Assembly (NCBI GenBank): GCA_005792145.1
Contig: SXSS01000046.1
Span: 649-64,648, forward strand
Length of the DNA stretch: 64,000 nt
Direction: 5' to 3'
Source: Planctomycetia bacterium
Lineage (GTDB): Bacteria; Planctomycetota; Phycisphaerae; Phycisphaerales; SM1A02
The notes beneath the pieces are model-generated. The model was not told the origin of the DNA and did not search any database. It saw nothing but the letters and a program-made list of their open reading frames with translations. Made by a program: the position numbers and the translations under genes. This document shows positions 48,693-58,205 of the stretch, in pieces. How positions within the stretch are numbered: position 1 is the stretch's first letter; each line of letters opens with the position of its first letter.

Positions 48693-51503
48693 ATGCGTTC
48701 ATCCGTCTTGTTTGCACTCTTCACAACATTGTTGGTAGGAGCGGCAAATGGCGACGATGCCTTGAAACCTTCAACGGCCCGCATAAAAGTTATTGATTTC
48801 AACAAAGAGCGACAATGGTGGTCTTATGCGCCGATTTATGATCAAGCGCCTCCACAAGTGAAAGATCAAGCGTGGTGCAAGAACGACATCGATCGATTCA
48901 TTCTTGCCAAGCTTGAAGCGATCGGGCTTTCGCCAGCGCCGCAAGCGGATCGCGTTGCGCTGATACGGCGCGCGTTCTATGACCTCACCGGACTCCCGCC
49001 TTCTCCAGAGGAAGTCGATGCGTTTGTCAACGACTCGCGTCCACAAGCGTGGAGCGAATTGATCGATCGATTGCTCGCGAGCCCGCACTATGGCGAACGC
49101 TGGGGACGATACTGGTTGGATCTTGTTCGATATGCCGACACAAACGGATTTGAGCGCGACGGCGATAAGCCAGCTTCTTGGAGATATCGCGATTGGGTCA
49201 TCGCCGCTTTCAATAGCGATAAACCATACGACCGATTCTTGACCGAGCAACTTGCGGGCGATGAATTGCCAGACCGATCTTTCGACACGATGGTTGCGAC
49301 TGGTTATTACCGACTTGGAATGTGGGACGATGAAGTTCCAGATCTCGATCAGGCACTCGCCGACGATCTCGACGGAATTGTCGATACGACAGCGCGCACA
49401 ATGCTCGGCATGGGACTGGGATGCGCGCGTTGCCACGATCACAAAGGCGATCCAATTCGCCAGCGAGACTATTACTCATTTGCCGCAAATTTCGCTGGAT
49501 TGAAGCCATACAAGGCATTTGCAGGCAATGGCATCGAGGCGGCAAATGTGATGCGTTCGATCTCAACCGACTTTGGAATGGTCGACTTTCCAGCGGCGCG
49601 CGCGAAGTGGCACGAACAAAGAAAAGCGATCATCGACGAACTTCTTGCGATGGAGTCATCCAAGCCAGATCTCGATCGTGCACCAAACAAGGGGCTGATG
49701 TCGCACTATGCATTCGAGACGAAGGCAGATGCACCAGAAGCAGACCGCGCAATCCTGAAAAATTCTGCCAGTGATGCGAATGGAAAAGTCATCGACCTCG
49801 GATGGGGAAAGCCAGGACGCTTCGGCCTCGCAGGTTCATTCGATGGTGGCGATGATCGCATTTCAATTCCATCAACCATCGGCGACGATTTCACAATTTC
49901 ATTTTGGTTCAAGAGTGATCGAATTGCAAGAGGCACAGAGTCCAATCCCCTTTGGTTCACTGGCACGGGTCTTGTTGATGGTGAGATTTCAGGAATCGTC
50001 GACGACTTTGGCATTTCGATCATCGCAGGTGGAGTCATCGCGGCAGGCGTTGGAAATCCAGAGACATTCGTGCACAGCGCACCAGGGTTCAATGATGGTC
50101 AGTGGCACCATGTTGCTTTCACACGATTGAAATCAAGTGGCGAAATCATTTTGTATATCGACTCGATCGAAGCGATGCGCGCCATCGGCGGCAAACAAAC
50201 CCTCAAATCACCGAAGAATTTGGTCATTGGGGCAATGCATCCAGGAGGCGGTGCATTCACGGGAATGATTGACGAAGTTCGACTCTATGACCGCGTGCTT
50301 GATCGAACCGAGATCATCAGCATTGCGACATCTGTCGGCGAACCCACCGCAACTCTTGCATCCATCGAAAGCAATCGCGGCAAAGAGCAAGCAGAGAATT
50401 GGCGCCAGTCGTATGAAACGCTGAACAAGCTTGAGCCACCAGCTTGGCACGGCACGGAGGTTCTTTGCGCAGTCGAGCGCGATGACCCGCAGGTCACGCA
50501 TGTTCTGACGCGAGGAAGCCCCCACGCACCTGCGGAAGAGGTTCAGCATGCCGTACCAGAAATTGCGCAAGGCAATTCTCTCTCTATGGGCAGTGCGATG
50601 GAGGTGTACGACAGCGAATCAAGTGGTCGCCGCTTGGCGTTGGCGAAATGGATCACTGACCCAAGAAATCAATTCACTTCGCGTGTGATGATGAACCGGA
50701 TCTGGCAACATCATTTTGATCGTGCGATTTGCCCCACACCAAACGACTTCGGTCACTTTGGTGAAACGCCAACGCATCCTGAACTTCTCGATTGGCTTGC
50801 GAAGCAGTTCGTGGCAAGCGGATGGAGCATCAAGCAAATGCACAGACTGATTATGATGAGTGCTGCATATCAAATATCAAGCAATGCGACTCCCGAATCT
50901 CTGGAAAAAGACCCTGCTAATGAATACATCTCACGTTTTCGGCTCAGAAGATTGCAATCTGAAGAGATTCGAGACAGCCTTCTTGCGGTGAATGGTTCGT
51001 TCAATCCTGCGATGGGCGGGCCTGGAATCCGCCCACCGATGCCGGATGAGGTTCTTGCCACAAGCAGCAGACCAGAGGAAGTATGGCCCTTGTCAGAACC
51101 TGCATCATGGCCGCGTCGTAGCGTTTACATCCATGCGAAACGATCGCTTCAAGATCCTTTGCTTTCAGTCTTTGATCAAGCGGATATTGATAACCCGTGC
51201 CCTGTGCGATTTTCAACCATTCAACCAACGCAGGCACTCACCATGCTCAACAGCAAATTGACAAATGGCCAAGCAGTTATCTTCGCCGACAGGCTTCGCC
51301 GCGAGTTTCCAAACAATGTGCGAACACAAATCGAGCGCGCAATGCGCTTGGCGTATGGTCGAAAGGTCGAATCCCAAGAGATCGACGACGGCATGCGGTT
51401 TATCTCCGATTTGCAATCCACCGAATCCATGTCAGAATCAGATGCGATGAATATATTTGCGCTTGCTCTCTATAACAGCAACGAGTTCATATATGTCGAC
51501 TGA
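48693..51503 (+). CDS. DUF1549 / LamG-like / DUF1553 domain protein (planctomycete PSD1-type)
   Basis: ATG at 48693 with a signal peptide. It contains IDRFILAKL...YDLTGLPPSPEEV, YGERWGRYWLDLVRYADTNGFERD and CARCHDHKGDP. There is a LamG-like block (FTISFWFK...WHHVAFT...IDEVRLYDRVL), then the DUF1553-like RVMMNRIWQHHF. Confidence 0.85.
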   Translation: MRSSVLFALFTTLLVGAANGDDALKPSTARIKVIDFNKERQWWSYAPIYDQAPPQVKDQAWCKNDIDRFILAKLEAIGLSPAPQADRVALIRRAFYDLTGLPPSPEEVDAFVNDSRPQAWSELIDRLLASPHYGERWGRYWLDLVRYADTNGFERDGDKPASWRYRDWVIAAFNSDKPYDRFLTEQLAGDELPDRSFDTMVATGYYRLGMWDDEVPDLDQALADDLDGIVDTTARTMLGMGLGCARCHDHKGDPIRQRDYYSFAANFAGLKPYKAFAGNGIEAANVMRSISTDFGMVDFPAARAKWHEQRKAIIDELLAMESSKPDLDRAPNKGLMSHYAFETKADAPEADRAILKNSASDANGKVIDLGWGKPGRFGLAGSFDGGDDRISIPSTIGDDFTISFWFKSDRIARGTESNPLWFTGTGLVDGEISGIVDDFGISIIAGGVIAAGVGNPETFVHSAPGFNDGQWHHVAFTRLKSSGEIILYIDSIEAMRAIGGKQTLKSPKNLVIGAMHPGGGAFTGMIDEVRLYDRVLDRTEIISIATSVGEPTATLASIESNRGKEQAENWRQSYETLNKLEPPAWHGTEVLCAVERDDPQVTHVLTRGSPHAPAEEVQHAVPEIAQGNSLSMGSAMEVYDSESSGRRLALAKWITDPRNQFTSRVMMNRIWQHHFDRAICPTPNDFGHFGETPTHPELLDWLAKQFVASGWSIKQMHRLIMMSAAYQISSNATPESLEKDPANEYISRFRLRRLQSEEIRDSLLAVNGSFNPAMGGPGIRPPMPDEVLATSSRPEEVWPLSEPASWPRRSVYIHAKRSLQDPLLSVFDQADIDNPCPVRFSTIQPTQALTMLNSKLTNGQAVIFADRLRREFPNNVRTQIERAMRLAYGRKVESQEIDDGMRFISDLQSTESMSESDAMNIFALALYNSNEFIYVD

Positions 51504-52977
51504 TCAACCACAACCGACGAATAGTTTCTGCGGAAACACGCGCCGAGAATTTCTCTGGCAAGCTGGGGGCGCGTTCACCAGCGTTGCACTTGCGGGGATG
51601 TTGGCGAAAGATGGCTTCCTTCAGAAACAAGCTCTTGCATTTGATGGAACCACCCCACTGACTGCGGTCAATCCGCTTGCCGCGAAATTGCCGCATTTTC
51701 CAGGCAAAGCAAAGTCAGTGATCTTTCTCTTCATGTATGGCGGACCGAGTCACATCGATACCTTTGATTACAAGCCTGATCTCTTCAAATACGACGGTCA
51801 GACAATTCAAGTGAAAACCAAAGGCCGCGGTGGCGACAAGAGCGAAGGTCGCATTGTCGGACCAAAATGGAATTTCAAGAAACACGGGCAATCTGGGGCG
51901 TGGGTCAGCGACCTCTTCCCCCATTTGGCCACCTGCGTCGATGACATGGCATTCGTCAAGAGCATGTACGCCGAGAGTCCCATTCACGGAAGCGCGATGT
52001 TGATGATGAACACAGGCAAACTTCTCGGTGGCGCGCCATCGATGGGTTCGTGGGTCAATTATGGTCTTGGATCTGTGAATCAAAATCTTCCTGGATTTGT
52101 TGTGATGCTCGATGCAACAGGCGGACCTATCAGTGGCGCAAAGAATTGGACCAGCGGATTTATGCCGGCGCTTTATCAAGGATGCGTGCTGCGCGGCAAG
52201 GGCGATCCGATTCTTGATCTTGCGACTCCCAGCTCTCGATCGGAAACTGCTCAAAGAAAATTGCTCGATCGACTGAAAATGTGGAACACGCGCCACGCGC
52301 TTCTGCGCAGCGGCAATTCAGATTTGGAAAGTCGAATTGAAAGCTATGAATTGGCGTATCGCATGCAAGCGACTGCGCCAGAAACCATTGATTTCACAGG
52401 TGAAACTGCTGAAACAAAGAACCTGTATGGAATGGACGAACCCCAGACGGAAGATTTCGGTCGCAAGTGTCTTCTTGCTCGACGGCTCGTCGAGCGCGGA
52501 GTTCGATTCGTGCAAATCTATTCCGGTGGATCGCACAACGATGCGAATTGGGATGCGCACGACGACTTAAAAACGAATCACGATTATCACGCTGGTCGAA
52601 CTGACAAGCCAATCGCCGCGCTGCTGAAGGATCTCAAGCGAAGAGGAATGCTTGATGACACACTCGTCGTTTGGGGCGGCGAGTTCGGTCGGCAACCAAC
52701 TGCCGAATACGCCAAAGGAACTGGTCGTGATCACAACTCGTGGGGCTTCACCATGTGGATGGCTGGCGGAGGGATCAAAGGCGGCATCTCTGTCGGCGAG
52801 ACAGACGAACTTGGATCAATTGGAGTCGGCGAACGATTCCATGTAAAGCAACTTCATGCGACGATTCTCAATCAACTTGGCATTGATCCAAACGCACTGA
52901 CCTATTTTTATGCTGGGCTTGACCAAAAGTTAGTTGGCGTCGAAGGCGCACAACCAATTCGACAAGTTATTGCGTAA
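51493..52977 (+). CDS. DUF1501 domain protein (sulfatase-fold, Tat-signal-like N-terminus)
   Basis: The ATG at 51493 overlaps the upstream gene by 11 nt. It contains TRREFLWQAGGAFTSVALAG, FLFMYGGPSHIDTFDYKP and WGGEFGRQP...GRDHN. Confidence 0.85.
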   Translation: MSTDQPQPTNSFCGNTRREFLWQAGGAFTSVALAGMLAKDGFLQKQALAFDGTTPLTAVNPLAAKLPHFPGKAKSVIFLFMYGGPSHIDTFDYKPDLFKYDGQTIQVKTKGRGGDKSEGRIVGPKWNFKKHGQSGAWVSDLFPHLATCVDDMAFVKSMYAESPIHGSAMLMMNTGKLLGGAPSMGSWVNYGLGSVNQNLPGFVVMLDATGGPISGAKNWTSGFMPALYQGCVLRGKGDPILDLATPSSRSETAQRKLLDRLKMWNTRHALLRSGNSDLESRIESYELAYRMQATAPETIDFTGETAETKNLYGMDEPQTEDFGRKCLLARRLVERGVRFVQIYSGGSHNDANWDAHDDLKTNHDYHAGRTDKPIAALLKDLKRRGMLDDTLVVWGGEFGRQPTAEYAKGTGRDHNSWGFTMWMAGGGIKGGISVGETDELGSIGVGERFHVKQLHATILNQLGIDPNALTYFYAGLDQKLVGVEGAQPIRQVIA

Positions 52978-53003
52978 CAGCGCAAGCCGTTCAAACAAAT
53001 TCA

Positions 53004-53135
53004 GAATGATTTATGCGAGTGCGCGGCGGGACGCCTGTATGGGGTGGCACGAAGACGGAATGATTTATGCGAGCGCCGCGGGACGCATATATGGGATCAC
53101 ACGAAGACGGAATGATTTATGCGAGCGCCGCGAAA
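53004..53135. repeat. about 53-nt tandem repeat, 2.5 copies, non-coding
   Basis: There are copies at 53004-53057 and 53058-53109, and a partial copy from 53110. All start GAATGATTTATGCGAG and the first two end CACGAAGACG. Confidence 0.9.
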
Positions 53136-53194
53136 CGATGTGCGTTTTCGCAGATGTGTGTTTGGCTCGAATCTGTTTGCGTCTCCAGCCGTTG

Positions 53195-53305
53195 GAAAGT
53201 TCTCTCGGGCGAGTTCCGCAGGCGGCCGACGGCGCTTGCTAAAAAAATTCGTGAACTGGATCGTGTCGGTCGCCGAGGACTGTTTGAGTCCCGAGAGAAC
53301 TTTTC
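53195..53305. other. nested long inverted repeat (candidate structured RNA or bidirectional terminator element)
   Basis: The outer arms AAAGTTCTCTCGGG (53196-53209) and CCCGAGAGAACTTT (53290-53303) form 14 perfect bp. The inner arms GGCGGCCGAC (53221-53230) and GTCGGTCGCC (53265-53274) form 10 bp with one G-U. Confidence 0.6.
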
Positions 53306-53391
53306 ACGGCTGCTCACTTATGCATTTCCGTGGCTGTTTCCGTCGCTGTTTCCGCCACACTTCAGCTTGCGCACATCATCTTCCGCAAACA

Positions 53392-54579
53392 CTATTCAAC
53401 CACCGAAAACTTGTGGACCATCTCATGCTTATATGTTTTCCCTGGCCGCAAAATCACGTCGGGCCATCCCGCTATCCCCTGCTTGTTGATGCTGTCTGGA
53501 AATGCTTGCGTCTCAAGGCAGAGTGCATTGTTCTTTGCATAAATCGCACCATTCTTCCCAGGCACTCCATCGAGAAAATTCCCCGTATAAAACTGGATGC
53601 CAGGTTGATTGCTGGAGATCGTCATCACAATTCCACTCTTTGGACTGCGCAAAACGGCGCATTCTCGCATCTCGCCAGACTTCGCACCATTGATCACCCA
53701 GTTGTGATCAAAGCCCCCTGGATCAGTGGCTGTAGCCGGTAACTGCCCCATGTCTTTACCAATCGTTTTCATCGTGCGAAAATCAAACGGCGTTCCTGCG
53801 ACAGACTTGATCTCGCCGGTCGTGATCAGCGTCGCATCGACTGGCGTAAAATTATCCGCAGGGATCATCAACTCGTCTTGCAAGATCACGCCAGAATCAT
53901 GTCCACCCAAATTCCAATATGAATGATGCGCAAGATTTACCGGCGTTGGCGCATCTGTTGTCGCACTCATCGCAACGCGCAATTCATTCTTGCTTGTCAG
54001 CGTATATGTCACAACAGCGGTGCAATTTCCAGGATATCCCTCCTCGCCATCTTTGCTGACATACGTGAAAGTCACAAATGGATTGCCATCCTTCATTCCA
54101 GACTCACCCTTCCACAACACCTTGTCGAAACCCTTCGCGCCGCCATGCAGCGAATTCACTCCGTTATTGCAAGTCACCTGCGAAGGCTTCCCATCAATCG
54201 TGAACTGGCCTTTGGCGATTCGGTTTGCGCACCGCCCCGCCGTGCATCCAAAGTATTGAGTACGGTCGATGTACTCCTGCGCCGAAGATCTCCCAAGCAC
54301 AACATCAACAAGTTTTCCTTTGGAATCTGGCACCCAAAGTTCGGTGACAATCGTTCCATAATCGGTTGCTTTCATGCGCATTCCAGTGGAATTTGTCAGT
54401 GTCCACAGATGCGCGGGCTGACCATTCACCGTGCCATAGTCCGCGACTGTAACGCTTGCATTCATAGATGAGGCTTTCTGTTTGGTGGAGGAAAGAGACG
54501 CAGCTCCAAAGACCGCAAGTGAACAGAGCGTGCAAATTGCGATTCCGACGATACTTTTTATAACGACCGAATTCATCAA
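53392..54579 (-). CDS. galM: aldose 1-epimerase (galactose mutarotase) with N-terminal hydrophobic segment
   Basis: YGTIVTELWVPDSKGKLVDVVLG, SLHGGAKGFDKVLW and HHSYWNL motifs. The start at 54579 overlaps the permease stop (ATGA). An alternative internal Met is at 54465. Confidence 0.85.
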   Translation of the reverse strand: MMNSVVIKSIVGIAICTLCSLAVFGAASLSSTKQKASSMNASVTVADYGTVNGQPAHLWTLTNSTGMRMKATDYGTIVTELWVPDSKGKLVDVVLGRSSAQEYIDRTQYFGCTAGRCANRIAKGQFTIDGKPSQVTCNNGVNSLHGGAKGFDKVLWKGESGMKDGNPFVTFTYVSKDGEEGYPGNCTAVVTYTLTSKNELRVAMSATTDAPTPVNLAHHSYWNLGGHDSGVILQDELMIPADNFTPVDATLITTGEIKSVAGTPFDFRTMKTIGKDMGQLPATATDPGGFDHNWVINGAKSGEMRECAVLRSPKSGIVMTISSNQPGIQFYTGNFLDGVPGKNGAIYAKNNALCLETQAFPDSINKQGIAGWPDVILRPGKTYKHEMVHKFSVVE

Positions 54580-55562
54580 GTTCCTTTCGCCTGAGTGCGG
54601 GCGCGATTCGCTGCGTACCGCCTCAGGAATTCATCAGCCAGAACACCGATCAAAATCACAAGCCCAATCACTGCGAACTCCGCCGTGTCAGGCAACCAAG
54701 ATATGAGAACGATCGCATTGCGCAAGACCTGCATCACAGCTGCGCCAATGATGACGCCAACAACACTTCCCTCTCCGCCAGAGAGGCGATATCCACCAAG
54801 TACCGCTGCGGCGATGGCATAGAGCTCGTAAAAGTTTCCGAAGTCACTCGGTTGCGCGCTGCCAACATCGCAAACGAAGAGCAGCCCACCGAAACCTGCC
54901 AACAGACTGCAGATGGTGTACGCGAGAATTTGCACTCGTGCGACTGGGATTCCGCTATATCGAGCGGCGCTTGGACTGCGACCGACTGCCTTCATCCACC
55001 TTCCCCAGACAGTGCAGTTGAGAAAAATCATTGACAGAATCGCGATGGCGAACAACGACAAGACTGGCGCAGGCACAGAGAATGCCTCAACGCCTGGGAT
55101 CGAAATGCGCCCATTGCCGATCCAGCGAAGTTCAGTGAATTTCCCCTGAAATCCTTGCGTTTGATCCATCGTGATCCCGCGTGCGAGACCTCTGAAAATC
55201 AGCAAGCCGCACAGCGTGACAAGAAATGATTGGATACGCCCATATGCGACCAGTCCACCTTGCATCACTCCGATCGACACAGACATCAACAGAATTGTCG
55301 CGACGGTTTCGGTTGGCGACCATCCCATCTGCGTCAAGAGATATGGCGTAAGCATTCCTGCCAAGCAGACCACGCCGCCAATCGACAGATCGATGCCCGC
55401 GGTGAGAATCACAAATCCGACTCCGATGCCAAGAATGCCAAAGAGCGCGGTGCGCCGAAGAAGATTTTCAATGTTGTATGCAGTCAAGAAATTCGGCGAA
55501 AGAATCGATACGGCAATCACGATCACCAAAAAAATTCCTGCGATGCCTAGAATCTTTTTCAT
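54576..55562 (-). CDS. sugar ABC transporter permease (RbsC-like)
   Basis: 328 aa, polytopic, with the RbsC/AraH-like pattern TAGIDLSIGG. Confidence 0.85.
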   Translation of the reverse strand: MKKILGIAGIFLVIVIAVSILSPNFLTAYNIENLLRRTALFGILGIGVGFVILTAGIDLSIGGVVCLAGMLTPYLLTQMGWSPTETVATILLMSVSIGVMQGGLVAYGRIQSFLVTLCGLLIFRGLARGITMDQTQGFQGKFTELRWIGNGRISIPGVEAFSVPAPVLSLFAIAILSMIFLNCTVWGRWMKAVGRSPSAARYSGIPVARVQILAYTICSLLAGFGGLLFVCDVGSAQPSDFGNFYELYAIAAAVLGGYRLSGGEGSVVGVIIGAAVMQVLRNAIVLISWLPDTAEFAVIGLVILIGVLADEFLRRYAANRARTQAKGT

Positions 55563-57094
55563 GCCGCTACCTCAGATTGGCTTGTGCCATCTCCACTACC
55601 GACAACCGCCAACCGAGTGATCGCTTCTTCGGTTGCGTCGGCAATATTCATCTCTCCTTCGATTCGTCCTTCACGCACGACCACAACTCGGTCGCAGAGC
55701 AATAATAATTCTTCGGTATCGCTGATCGAACACAACACAGAAGCGCCACGATTGGCTGCTTGCCGAATCAATGCGTGAATTTCTGCGCGCGCGCCAACAT
55801 CCACACCGCGACTCGGTTCGTCTAGCAGGAGCACACTGGGCTCTGTCGAAAGCCATTTCGCAAGCACTACTTTCTGCTGATTCCCTCCTGAAAAAAGCGC
55901 AACTTGTCGCTCGGGCAGCGCAGGGTGAATTTTCATCAAGTCGATCATCCGCGCAACTCCCGTGCGTTCTGCACCACGGCGAATGAATCCTGCGATGGCT
56001 TCTCGTGCGATCTTCACGACCGAGGAATTGATCCGCACAGAATCCTCCAACATCAAACCATCTCGCTGTCGATCTTCGGGAACCATCGCGATTCCGCGCC
56101 GCGCGGCCGTGACAGGATCATTCGGCGCAACGACTTGGCCATCGAGAAAAACATCTCCACCAACGCGGCGATCAACTCCAAAGATGGACTGCAGAAGTTC
56201 TGTGCGACCTGCGCCGACCAAACCTGCCAGTCCAACAATTTCGCCTTTGCGAACCGTCAAATTGATGGTCGACTTTGGATGCGCCTGCGTCAGCAGACCG
56301 CGCACAACAAGTCTCGCCTTCGACTTCGTATCCGTCGATTGCATTTCTGCACGCTGACTTTCGTGAATCGTTCCCACCATTGCTCCAACCAGTTTGTCGC
56401 GGGTCAGTTGATCGCGAGTAAACTCTGCAACCTGCGCGCCATCACGCAGTACAACCGTTCGATCCGCGCAGTCGAGAACTTCATTCAGTCGATGCGTGAT
56501 ATAGACAACCGCAACTCCCTGATTGGCAAGTGTGCGAATGAGTGCCAGCAAGCGACTTGTTTCTCCCATACTCAAACTGCTTGTGGGCTCGTCCAAAATC
56601 AGCACTTTTGCCCTTAATGACAACGCCTTTGCAATCTCAACCATTTGGCGGCGACCAATCGACAGGGTGGAGACATCGCTCGCGGGTGATAGATCCAGGC
56701 CAACTCGCTCGATCCATTCGCGCGCTTGCGATTGCATTGCCTGACGATCGAGAAATCCAAATCGATTTGGTTCGCGACCAAGAGCAATATTTCCAGCGAT
56801 ATCCAAATTATCCGCTAAGTTCAGTTCTTGATGCACAAGAGCAATACCAGCTCGTACTGCATCGCGAACGCCAGCAAATCGCACCGATTGTCCTGACAAA
56901 AATACTTCGCCAGAATCTGGCGTCAGAACTCCGGCAAGAATTTTCATCAGCGTGCTCATGCCAGCGCCGTTTGCGCCGACAACCGCAACAACTTCTCCTG
57001 CGTAAAAATCAATATCCACTGAGCGCAAAGCGTGCACGCCTGCGAACCTTTTCCCAAGCCCCCTGCACCGCAGGATGGGAGCAGCATCCGTCAC
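55559..57094 (-). CDS. sugar ABC transporter ATP-binding protein (duplicated ABC domains, RbsA-like)
   Basis: Walker A GANGAGMST, signature LSIGRRQMVEIA, a second signature FSGGNQQKV, and LLLDEPSRGVD. Confidence 0.9.
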   Translation of the reverse strand: MTDAAPILRCRGLGKRFAGVHALRSVDIDFYAGEVVAVVGANGAGMSTLMKILAGVLTPDSGEVFLSGQSVRFAGVRDAVRAGIALVHQELNLADNLDIAGNIALGREPNRFGFLDRQAMQSQAREWIERVGLDLSPASDVSTLSIGRRQMVEIAKALSLRAKVLILDEPTSSLSMGETSRLLALIRTLANQGVAVVYITHRLNEVLDCADRTVVLRDGAQVAEFTRDQLTRDKLVGAMVGTIHESQRAEMQSTDTKSKARLVVRGLLTQAHPKSTINLTVRKGEIVGLAGLVGAGRTELLQSIFGVDRRVGGDVFLDGQVVAPNDPVTAARRGIAMVPEDRQRDGLMLEDSVRINSSVVKIAREAIAGFIRRGAERTGVARMIDLMKIHPALPERQVALFSGGNQQKVVLAKWLSTEPSVLLLDEPSRGVDVGARAEIHALIRQAANRGASVLCSISDTEELLLLCDRVVVVREGRIEGEMNIADATEEAITRLAVVGSGDGTSQSEVAA

Positions 57095-58194
57095 TTCGAG
57101 TCATTCCCCGCCGTATTCCCACTCGCACTCCCACTTGCATTCCCAGCCAACTTTTTCTTCAAGTCAGCTTCAAACGCATCCACATTTGCTCGCGTCACCG
57201 TGACGGCGGGGATGTCGACAAATCCACTCTTGGGAAGCGCGTCTGGTTTTCCCAGACAAACAGCGCTGAGCATTTGCATGCTTCGATATCCATAGTTATA
57301 TGGATCTTGCGCCACGGTTCCTTGCACTGATCCATCGCGAATTCCAGCCAAAGTTTCCGGCGCCTCATCGAACCCAACCACTTTGATCTTGCCAATTTTA
57401 CCGCCGCTTTTCAGCGCTTCGAGGGCGAGAACTGGGTTGTATGCAAAGAGCCCGACGACGCATCCGAGATTTGGATTCGCGCTCATCATGTCTTCGACAT
57501 TTGCCTTCGCCTTCGCACGATCAAATTGATCCGTCAGAGTATTGAGCACTGTGTACTTCCCAATCGTCACTGGCTGATTGGGACTTTCAACACGCTTGTC
57601 ATCGCGCGCACGATCGAAGACCTCGTCCATCACACCTTGACGGCGACGGCGGGCATTGTCTTGTTCCATTCGACCGACAAAAATTGCGATCTCTCCTCCA
57701 TTCGGCAACGCTTGCTTCACCAACTTTCCAGCCAATCTACCTGCGTCATAATTGTCAAGTCCAATGTATGCAAGCCTGGCACTTGCAGGCGCATCGCTGT
57801 CTTGCGTGATGAGCAATGTGCGATCAGCGACCTGATCAAGAATCTCCAACTCGTTTGCCGGATCGATTGGGCTGACAGCAATCCCGTTGACCCCCTGAGC
57901 AACCAAGTCCTCCATGATGCGCTTCTGATCCGCGATTCCTTCTGCGGGCATATGCACTGTGACTGTCGCCCCAGTATCAACACCTGCTTGCTCCGCTCCG
58001 CGCTGTGCAATGACCCAAAAGTCCGCGACTCCATTTGTGACGAATGCCAATTTCGGTTTTACGCAAGGCTTTTTTGCGTATTCCTGCACCAATTCAGCCT
58101 GCCGCTGCTTTGGTGGTACCGAAGACTCCGCCGCGCCGAAGGAATACAGCGTGATCAAACTTACTGCCAATGTTGCCATCAAAGCTTTTCGCAT
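57091..58194 (-). CDS. sugar ABC transporter substrate-binding protein (RbsB/type I PBP-like)
   Basis: 367 aa with a signal peptide. It has the periplasmic-binding-protein pattern FVTNGVADFW...GVNGIAVSPID, and its stop overlaps the ATPase start by 4 nt. Confidence 0.8.
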   Translation of the reverse strand: MRKALMATLAVSLITLYSFGAAESSVPPKQRQAELVQEYAKKPCVKPKLAFVTNGVADFWVIAQRGAEQAGVDTGATVTVHMPAEGIADQKRIMEDLVAQGVNGIAVSPIDPANELEILDQVADRTLLITQDSDAPASARLAYIGLDNYDAGRLAGKLVKQALPNGGEIAIFVGRMEQDNARRRRQGVMDEVFDRARDDKRVESPNQPVTIGKYTVLNTLTDQFDRAKAKANVEDMMSANPNLGCVVGLFAYNPVLALEALKSGGKIGKIKVVGFDEAPETLAGIRDGSVQGTVAQDPYNYGYRSMQMLSAVCLGKPDALPKSGFVDIPAVTVTRANVDAFEADLKKKLAGNASGSASGNTAGNDSK

Positions 58195-58205
58195 AATTGT
58201 CTCCT

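Noticed and set aside
52934-53742. ORFs 52934..53242, 53067..53489 and 53119..53742 in the DUF1501-galM gap, and the idea that the 53-nt repeats form a CRISPR array
   Set aside because: The ORFs repeat the peptide HEDGMIYASA only because they read through the DNA tandem repeat, and one runs antisense into galM. The repeats are directly adjacent with no spacers and there are only 2.5 copies, so this is not a CRISPR array.
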